Shown in pieces: positions 51,076 to 58,052 of a stretch of DNA of 64,000 bases. The DNA is from Flavobacteriales bacterium (GTDB lineage: Bacteria > Bacteroidota > Bacteroidia > Flavobacteriales_F > PHOS-HE28). The DNA is taken from positions 218,876-282,875 of the forward strand of contig JADJXH010000004.1 in the NCBI GenBank assembly GCA_016715895.1. The letters run 5' to 3'. Position numbers and translations under genes: made by a program. Within the stretch, counting starts at the first letter, position 1. The number at the start of each line of letters is the position of its first letter. The notes beneath the pieces were generated by a model. The model was not told the origin of the DNA, did not search any database, and worked only from the letters and a program-made list of their open reading frames with translations.

Positions 51076-51401
51076 GCTTGAGAGCACTGCTGACAGCGGT
51101 TCTAGCGCTATGCCTGATCGGGGCAACGCTGCCATCGCACCCGCTTCATCTGTCCGGTACAGTTCGGTTCAAGAGTGAGCGAGTGGACTTACGCGTGGAA
51201 GGGCTCAGCCTCTTTGTGAAAGCAGGTGGTCGGATCCTTGCGAAGAGCGATGTTGATAAGGATGGTCGATACGCCATCAACTTTACTCCAGGTGACCAAC
51301 CTACTGTCGACTTCTACTATGCGGGCCTTGGTCACGATACCACCTTCATCAGGTCCTTCACTCGTTTCGAGAGCGATGTATTGATCTGGAATATTGACTA
51401 A
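51072..51401 (+). CDS. Small secreted hypothetical protein
   Basis: MSLRALLTAVLALCLIG signal peptide, beta-rich 109 aa; ATG overlaps the relic's TGA. Confidence 0.7.
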   Translation: MSLRALLTAVLALCLIGATLPSHPLHLSGTVRFKSERVDLRVEGLSLFVKAGGRILAKSDVDKDGRYAINFTPGDQPTVDFYYAGLGHDTTFIRSFTRFESDVLIWNID

Positions 51402-51449
51402 TGAGCACGCATTGGAACCTTAGTGCGCCTGCCTGCCGAAGGCAGGGCC

Positions 51450-51703
51450 AGGTGGACATCAAGGCCCGCATCACCGACGAGGTGAAGCCCGACATCCTCA
51501 GCAGCACCTTCCACTTCCCGGAGATCATGCTCAACATCATCACATCAAGTGTGAGCGACTCACTGGCGAGCCAGCTTTGGCGGGACAGGTCGTGCCCGGA
51601 GTACAAGGTGGTGATCCCGCTTGGGCGGGACAGGCTGTGCCGGATCCGGAAGGCGAAGAAGGCGCATTTGAGGAAGGCGGGAGAGGTGGTGCTTAAGGCG
51701 TAG
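51450..51703 (+). pseudogene. fdhF: fdhF 3'-end relic copy 2, with two in-frame palindromic insertions
   Basis: VDIKARITDEVKPDILSSTFHFPEIMLNIITSSVSDSLA-[SQLWRDRS]-CPEYKVV-[IPLGRDRL]-CRIRKAKKAHLRKAGEVVLKA*. Confidence 0.95.
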
Positions 51704-51841
51704 GTTCTTGGGGCGTTCCGGCTCGAAGACTCGCCGTCGGGCCATCCGCTCGTAGTCCTCGCCGCCCTCGTTCCTCAGTCGGCTGTGGGCTTTCCGCTTC
51801 AATGCGTCGCGCGGCTTAGTTTTGACTTGAGCAATTGACCG

Positions 51842-52996
51842 ATGGCAAAGAAGCAGTACAAGGTTCCGGTTTCCGGGGTGGTGGCGCAGTACGCCAGGAC
51901 GAGCCTTGGCCTATCGGTCGTGGATGCCTGCAAGATGCTGGAGATTGAGGCTGAGGAATTGGAGGCCATTGAATCCGGTGTGGAGCAGCCAGGGATTTTC
52001 TTGCTCAAGTCGATGGCTAGGGTCTACAAGCGGTCTTTGACTTTCCTGCTCCTCACCGAGGTGCCTTACGAGAAGCCGTTACCACGCGACCATAGGACAG
52101 CCGGCTCTGTCAAGCTTGACCATTTCCATTCGAAGACCATCCTTACAGTTCGGAAAGCCCGTACGCTCGCCATCTCTCAAATAGACCTGCTCAGGAACTT
52201 GAACTTGCCGGTGCCGGCGTTCAAGCACCGCTCGACGTTGCAGGATGATCCCAAGGCATTAGGACAAAAGCTGAGGCAACAGCTTGAGTTGTTCCACCTC
52301 CGCGAGGAGGGTATTACAGATGCGCAGGCCTTGGAACATACCATCGAAGCGGTCTCAGCTCTTGGCGTGCTGGTCTATCAACTGAGTCTGACCCAGGACG
52401 GCCTACGGGGCTTCTCCGTTTTGGACGAGGAGGTACCGATCATCGTTCTGAAACGGCGAGGGGAAATGCCGACCGCGAGATTGTTCACGCTTTTCCATGA
52501 ACTCGGTCACGTCATCCTTGGAGAAAGCGGCATGTGCGACCTGCACGCAGCAGATGGGGAGGCAATAGAACATTGGTGCAACAGCTTTGCCGCAGAGGTC
52601 CTGTTGCCGAGAGAGGAGCTGCGGCAACACACGGTGGTCGTTCAGCACCTCGCTGCAAATGCGGGTAAAGAGTGGGCAAGGGTGGAGTTGGCCAATATCG
52701 CCAAGGGATACCATGACGGCTTGGAGGTGGTATTGCGGGCATTGCTTTCTGAGAAGCTCACCACGCCAGAATTCTATGAGGAGCACCACCTGAAATGGAA
52801 AGAGAAAGCCTTTGGACGGGCAAAGAAGGGCCAGCCACGCGATACGATCAAAGGGAAAGTGCAGGAACGCGGACGTTCGTTCGTGCGCTTGATCTTCAAT
52901 GCCTTTGACCGTGAACGGATCGGCGCCATTCAAGCCTCGCAACTCCTTGATGTGCCGATGGACCGCTTCTCCCAAGCCCGTCAACTGGTAGTATGA
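51842..52996 (+). CDS. XRE-family HTH plus ImmA/IrrE metallopeptidase fusion
   Basis: N-terminal HTH (ARTSLGLS...LEAIESG) and FTLFHELGHVIL (HExxH) followed by EHWCNSFAAEVLLP. Confidence 0.92.
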   Translation: MAKKQYKVPVSGVVAQYARTSLGLSVVDACKMLEIEAEELEAIESGVEQPGIFLLKSMARVYKRSLTFLLLTEVPYEKPLPRDHRTAGSVKLDHFHSKTILTVRKARTLAISQIDLLRNLNLPVPAFKHRSTLQDDPKALGQKLRQQLELFHLREEGITDAQALEHTIEAVSALGVLVYQLSLTQDGLRGFSVLDEEVPIIVLKRRGEMPTARLFTLFHELGHVILGESGMCDLHAADGEAIEHWCNSFAAEVLLPREELRQHTVVVQHLAANAGKEWARVELANIAKGYHDGLEVVLRALLSEKLTTPEFYEEHHLKWKEKAFGRAKKGQPRDTIKGKVQERGRSFVRLIFNAFDRERIGAIQASQLLDVPMDRFSQARQLVV

Positions 52997-53513
52997 TGAA
53001 CTTGTTCGATGAGGATGAGGCCATCTATGCGTTCGACAGTGATGCGTTGGTGACACTTGAGCGATACTACAGCGACCTATCCGTCTTCGATGCGCTTTGG
53101 CAGGACCTGGCATGGCTTTCCCTCGCAGGCCGCTTCAAAGTCATCGACTTCGTGTACGACGAGGTAGTGGATAGCTACAAGGGCGACCGGGGGTTCCTGA
53201 AGTCCTGGTTGAAGAAGCAGCGCAAATACTGCTTCTGGGAAACCGATGAGAAGGCGATGATCTTATCGCAGCGGGTCATCAACGAGAATGTTAGGTCTGG
53301 GTTTCTGAAGCCTGGCAAACTGATTGGAGAGCGGGATGAGGCTGATCCATTCCTGATCGGGACGCTGCGGTAGAAGGTTTCATCATTGTCACCAAGGAGA
53401 AGACAACGGTCTCCAACAAGTTGCCGCAAGTGGCAGCGAAGTATGGTGCTCGCACCATCGGCATCGCGGACTTCTTGAAGGATCGCGGATTCAAGCTACA
53501 GCGCGGGTCTTAA
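52993..53513 (+). pseudogene. DUF4411-like PIN protein, frameshifted
   Basis: YAFDSDAL...EADPFLIG; the continuation AAVEGFIIVTKE...KLPQVAAKYG...DFLKDRG lies in another frame, shifted near 53360-53365. Confidence 0.8.
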
Positions 53514-53597
53514 ACTCCCCCGCTGCCGCGAGTCTGTGAATCGTGGCCTTCACCGCACCCCAGCCACCCCCTTCATCACCGCTGCGCTCATCCGTTA

Positions 53598-53649
53598 GGC
53601 TTGTTCGTCGTGCCGCAGTCCGACCGTGTGGTCGATGGTATGTACCGGC
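53598..53649 (+). repeat. About 50-bp direct repeat X, copy A (copy B at 57874-57924)
   Basis: ggcttgttcg-tcgtgccgcagtccgaccgtgtggtcgatggtatgtaccggc versus ggctcgttcgcccgtgccg--gtccgtccgagtggtcgatgatatgtaccggc. Confidence 0.75.
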
Positions 53650-53715
53650 TTGCCCAGTACCATGATCGCTGAGGTCAAGTGCGTGGCCCCACCATTGGGA
53701 ACGAACGTTCCGGGC

Positions 53716-54702
53716 TCACATCAAGAAGCCGTTCTCCTGCTCCACGGGGCCGGGGATGTCGGTATCGCCGATCATTTCGCGCAGGTCGATCTCAATTCCG
53801 CGTGCGATCGAGGTGATGGGCACATCGTTGTAGGTGCCTTCGAAGGGGTTCTCGGAATAGTCACCGATCATCTCCATCAGGAAGAAGATCCAGATGATGA
53901 GCGCGCTCAGGAAGGGTGATACCCAGAAGAGCCAACCCGCTGAACGGCCGATGACATCGAGCATGCCCAGCGGCACGAACACGGCGAAGACAAGCGTCAG
54001 CCACAGCGCTGTGCTGGCGTACTGGCGCGGGAAGGGGAAGTTCTTGATCCGCTCCGCACGTCCCTGTTCCGCATACAGCTCAGCGACATGTCCGTGGAAG
54101 GCCATGTGCCGGAAGTCATCGAAGTAGCCGGCATCCCGCAGCTCCTGCAGACGGATGCTCTGGTTGCGCAGCAATTGGGTGGCCAGGTTGCTTTGCTGGT
54201 ACACGCCGGACAGCTCCTGCTCGGGCAGGTATTTGGACATCTCCGCCTTGCATACCGGTCCGGGTTGCTCGCTCATCCGGGGCAGGTTCGCACTGTGCTC
54301 CAGCTCACGCGGATGCTCCCAAGCACGGGGCATCCGGAGCTGGTGGCGAAGGGCGGTGAGCCAGGCGATATGGCGATGGACGAGCTCGCGGCGGATGGCC
54401 TGGTCGTCCGGGCCCTTCACGAACGAGCAGACCGCAGCACCGAACGCGCGGCTGCTGTTCACGATGCCGCCCCAGATCTTGCGCGCCTCCCACGTGCGGT
54501 CGTACGAACTGTTGTTCTTGAAGCCGAGGTAGAAGGCCACCGCGATGCCGATGACGCTGATGGGCTGCCAGGGGATGCTGAGATCCGTGTGGAGCAGGTG
54601 AACAAGGATGTTCACCACGGTTGCGTAGGCCAGCCCGATGACAAAAGACCTCCTGGATCAGAAAAAGGTCATGAAGAAGCCGTAGTTGCGCTTGATGTAC
54701 AT
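53716..54702 (-). pseudogene. Bestrophin-like (UPF0187/YneE) channel gene with an in-frame TGA at codon 15
   Basis: FKNNSSYDRTWEARKIWGGIVNSSR, ERIKNFPFPRQY and ENPFEG; the upstream in-frame ATG at 54702 reads MYIKRNYGFFMTFF*SRRSF. Confidence 0.8.
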
Positions 54703-54842
54703 GGGTGTGCTTGGGAGCGTGAAGATGGGGAATGCGGCAGGTCGTCGCTTGCATCCGCGATCGACCGGTCCGGAGATGCACGGGACAAGGGCCTCCACGG
54801 TTGAGCTCATGCCTGGCATCGCACCACGGTGGCCATCACCCA

Positions 54843-54968
54843 CTCGCCCGCGTTTGCAACGCGGGCGATGATCCCGGCGCGCTTGCAGCGCGCACCGCTT
54901 CCGGCTCACATGGGTCATGGTCGTTGCAAACGACCTGCTTCCACGCCCGCGTTACAAACGCGGTCGAG
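54843..54968. repeat. 126-bp four-hairpin element (REPIN/MITE-like), copy A
   Basis: 25-bp terminal inverted repeats ctcgcccgcgtttgcaacgcgggcg and two internal hairpins with TTGCA loops. Confidence 0.88.
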
Positions 54969-55051
54969 CTCTGGCCAACGCGGGTCAGCGAAGGCTACCC
55001 CATCGGGTGGAAAGCCCGCGCGGGCACGCCTGCCCCGGGCCTGACCCGGGG

Positions 55052-55150
55052 GTGGACATCAAGGCCCGCATCACCGATGAGGTGAAGCCGGGCATCCTCT
55101 CTGGCACCCTCCACTTCCCGGAGATCGTGTTCAACATCATCACCATCAGC
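55052..55150 (+). pseudogene. fdhF: fdhF 3'-region relic copy 3 (first half)
   Basis: VDIKARITDEVKPGILSGTLHFPEIVFNIIT, preceded by the palindrome cctgccccgggcctgacccgggg. Confidence 0.92.
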
Positions 55151-56540
55151 GCGCATGCACCACCTCGAACCGTGCCCGTGCCAGGCTGCGGCCGTTGGCA
55201 TCACACAGGGTGGCCACATAGAGCCCCCCGGCCAGCGGGGAGGTGTCCACAACGACGCCGTCCGCTGATGCACCCGCCTGCTCCACCAACCGGCCAGCAG
55301 CATCCGTGATCTCGATCCACGCCGCCTGGGCCGCGCCGTCAAGGCGGATGTACATCGCATCATCCGCAGGATTGGGGCCCAGCGTCATGACGTTCATGTC
55401 GGTCGCTTCTTCCACAGCCGCGACCAGGCAGTTGAGGATCACGCCCACGTAGGCACCGCTGCTGGCGGCGATCACGATGTCCGGGAGCGCATCGGCATTG
55501 AAACGGCCCACGGCGAAGTCGATGGGATTCACGGCGGCGATGGAATGCACGGGAGGGCCGAACTGGCCCGCACCGTAGCCCGGGAACACCCGCACCGAAT
55601 TGTTGGCGTAGTCCGCCACCACCAGGTCGCCGAAACCGTCGAGGTCCATGTCCACTGACCGCACCAGCGCGGGACTGATGCCGCCGTACATCGTCACGGG
55701 CGCCGCGAAGCCACCGGTACCATCGCCCATGCGGAAGGAGAGGGAGTCCGGGGACGGATACGAGTTGGACACCACCACGTCCATGTCGCCGTTCGCATCC
55801 ACATCGATCGCCGAGGCGAAGATGCTGGTGTGCGGATGCGTGACGTGGGTCCGCGTTCCGAAGGTGCCGGGCCTTGTGCCCCACAGGATGCTCCAGAAGT
55901 GGACGACCTCGCCCAAGCCGGCCAGGTGGGTGTAGAGCACATCGAGGTGGCCATCCTCATTGAAGTCGGCGAGGTCCAGGGAAGTGGCCGGGACATCGGT
56001 GGGATGATCCGCGTGCGGCTGGAAGGTGCCATCGCCGTTGCCGATCAGCACGGCCAGGCCACCGCCACCCGCGCCATGGGGAACGAGCAGGTCGATGGCC
56101 CCGTCGTTGTCGAGGTCGCGCGCCATCAGGGTCCACGTTTCCCCGGAAGGGATGGCGTACGGGACAGGGGCATCAAAAGCTCCGCCGCCCAGGTTGAGCA
56201 GCACCTGCACATGGTCCACATGCGCGGTCACCAGGTCCGCGCGCGTGTCGCCGTTCAGATCGGCCGCGATGATGTCCACCGGGTACATCCCCACCGGCAG
56301 CGTGACGGCGGGCTGGAAGCTGCCGTCCCCATTACCGAAGAAGATCGACAGGTCGCCAGTGAGGTGGTTGCTCACGGCCATGTCCAGCAGTGTGTCATCG
56401 TTCAGGTGGCCGGCGGAGATGCCCCAGAGGTCAAGGCCGCCCGAGGCGACGAAGCCGGTATGGTCCAGGCAGATGTTCTGGCTGCGGAGCCCGCCGCCCA
56501 ACGTGAGCAGGACCAACGCGCATGGAACGTCGAAGCGCAT
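55146..56540 (-). CDS. FG-GAP/VCBS repeat protein with T9SS sorting domain
   Basis: Repeated DLNGDxxxDL motifs and a C-terminal LGPNPA...DAAGRLV...GGLYV domain. Confidence 0.9.
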   Translation of the reverse strand: MRFDVPCALVLLTLGGGLRSQNICLDHTGFVASGGLDLWGISAGHLNDDTLLDMAVSNHLTGDLSIFFGNGDGSFQPAVTLPVGMYPVDIIAADLNGDTRADLVTAHVDHVQVLLNLGGGAFDAPVPYAIPSGETWTLMARDLDNDGAIDLLVPHGAGGGGLAVLIGNGDGTFQPHADHPTDVPATSLDLADFNEDGHLDVLYTHLAGLGEVVHFWSILWGTRPGTFGTRTHVTHPHTSIFASAIDVDANGDMDVVVSNSYPSPDSLSFRMGDGTGGFAAPVTMYGGISPALVRSVDMDLDGFGDLVVADYANNSVRVFPGYGAGQFGPPVHSIAAVNPIDFAVGRFNADALPDIVIAASSGAYVGVILNCLVAAVEEATDMNVMTLGPNPADDAMYIRLDGAAQAAWIEITDAAGRLVEQAGASADGVVVDTSPLAGGLYVATLCDANGRSLARARFEVVHAR

Positions 56541-56740
56541 GGTCCGAAATTATCACCCTGGATGCGCCGCGCTCCGATCCTGGTGCCGCTCCGTTCAAAA
56601 GGATGGGCGATCGTTATTCACCGGCACGGTGCTGATCGTGCCTTAGCCCGCACGGCTACGCGTCTCCTACTTCCGCAGCTGGCGCGGATCTGTGATCCGT
56701 GTCCACCTCATCCAGCATAAGCAAGCCAGCCGATCGGCTG

Positions 56741-56968
56741 TCACTTCCGCATCCACCTTGCATTGGGGCTCATCCGATAGTGCTTGTCATCATAGGCCAT
56801 CAATCGAGGGTCAGCAGTGGCCTTCTTGGACACATGCGGCTCTCGCCCGGCGCGGATGGCTGCGCGTTCCACACACCGGAAGTGGTGGTTGGCTAGTCGC
56901 TTGTAGGGCTTCGCCGTACTGCCTTTACAGATACCGAAGTAAGGTGTATGTTTCCTTGAACGGGCCAT
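56741..56968 (-). CDS. Small basic conserved hypothetical protein (MxRSRK...MRK type)
   Basis: 75 aa, MARSRKHTPYFGI...KRLAN...DDKHY...WMRK; pattern recalled from a widespread uncharacterised family. Confidence 0.65.
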   Translation of the reverse strand: MARSRKHTPYFGICKGSTAKPYKRLANHHFRCVERAAIRAGREPHVSKKATADPRLMAYDDKHYRMSPNARWMRK

Positions 56969-57023
56969 AGCAGGTCAAGACGACTGTTGTGCGGCGCGGG
57001 TTGTCCGACTCGTGCCTCTCCCG

Positions 57024-57149
57024 CTCGCCCGCGTTTGCAACGCGGGCGATGATCCCGGCGCGCTTGCAGCGCGCACTGCTTCAGGCGTACATGGTTCATG
57101 GTCGTTGCAAACGACCTTCTTCCACGCCCGCGTTGCAAACGCGGGCGAG
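57024..57149. repeat. 126-bp four-hairpin element, copy B
   Basis: Same length and architecture as 54843-54968; its terminal arms are exact reverse complements. Confidence 0.88.
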
Positions 57150-57157
57150 CTCTGACC

Positions 57158-57199
57158 GTGCCGGACCCGGAAGGCGAAGAAGGCGCATTTGCGGAAGGC
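57158..57199 (+). pseudogene. fdhF: fdhF 3'-end relic copy 4 (short second half)
   Basis: gtgccggacccggaaggcgaagaaggcgcatttgcggaaggc differs at only 2 nt from the same stretch of copy 2. Confidence 0.85.
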
Positions 57200-57228
57200 A
57201 TTCGCTGCCGCGGGTCTGTAGCTCACGC

Positions 57229-57606
57229 CTATACCGCCACCACCCGCCCCTGCATCCACTCACCGATCTCATCCGCAGACGAACGACCTTCAGCGACGCG
57301 GATGGTCAGCTCGTAGAGTTCATCCTGCGTTGCTTCGATCCGGAAGCCCTCCTTGCGCAAGAGCAGAAGTGCGAGACCGAGGCCTGTGCGCTTGTTACCG
57401 TCCAACCACGGATGCCGGATGATCACGCTCTCCATCAGCGCGGCAGCCTTGGCGACCGGTGAAGGATAGAGATCCTCACCACCGAATGTTTGGTATGGCC
57501 GTGCCAAGGCGGCTTCCAAAGCACCCTGATCTCGCAAACCCTGCGCTCCTCCGAATGCCTCGATGGAACGCGCGTGAAACTTTTCGGCGAGGTCCAACGA
57601 GATCAT
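57229..57606 (-). CDS. Fic/Doc (death-on-curing) family toxin
   Basis: GLRDQGALEAALARP and HPWLDGNKRTG. Confidence 0.93.
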   Translation of the reverse strand: MISLDLAEKFHARSIEAFGGAQGLRDQGALEAALARPYQTFGGEDLYPSPVAKAAALMESVIIRHPWLDGNKRTGLGLALLLLRKEGFRIEATQDELYELTIRVAEGRSSADEIGEWMQGRVVAV

Positions 57607-57788
57607 TTCGCGAGCCGGGCCAACACCTCCCGGTTCTCCTCGATGATCTTGTCGATCAACTGATCGTCGCTCTCCTTGGTAGAGCCGACCTTCAGCTCAT
57701 CGAGCAGATCGATGAGCTTGATCAACGCCTTGTCTGAAAGGCCTTCGATGGCTTTCGCGGCCTTCTCGCGGAGTTCCTTGGTGCTCAT
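57603..57788 (-). CDS. Putative antitoxin for Doc
   Basis: 61 aa ending KIIEENREVLARLAK, 4-nt overlap with doc; TAGTTTTG box at about 57826-57833. Confidence 0.8.
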   Translation of the reverse strand: MSTKELREKAAKAIEGLSDKALIKLIDLLDELKVGSTKESDDQLIDKIIEENREVLARLAK

Positions 57789-58052
57789 GGGTTGCGCCGT
57801 AGCACGGCGGAGGTGTATGGTCCAACAAAACTAACGCAACAGCCCCCCCCCCAATGCAGGGCCACCTGCTTTGGGCTCGTTCGCCCGTGCCGGTCCGTCC
57901 GAGTGGTCGATGATATGTACCGGCGCGCCGCCCACACGCGGCGCAGCGCTGATGGGAACAGACTCTAGTACTACCTTCTTAACGATCCTTGTGCTCCAGC
58001 TGCCAGCGTGGACCGATCTGCGCCACTACCTTGTCCGAACATCCAAGCCCGC

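Noticed and set aside
50825-57199. CRISPR array or DGR template/variable repeat explanation for the repeats
   Set aside because: The repeats are irregularly spaced gene fragments with no cas or reverse-transcriptase gene in the window, and the differences are synonymous rather than adenine-specific.
57843-57852. Poly-C(10) tract as a phase-variation switch
   Set aside because: It is intergenic, upstream of the antitoxin's apparent -7 box, with no evidence of length variation; it may be incidental.
50190-57924. Canonical integron or prophage
   Set aside because: No integrase, no complete attC site and no phage structural genes were recognised; only a half-site resemblance, which is reported separately.
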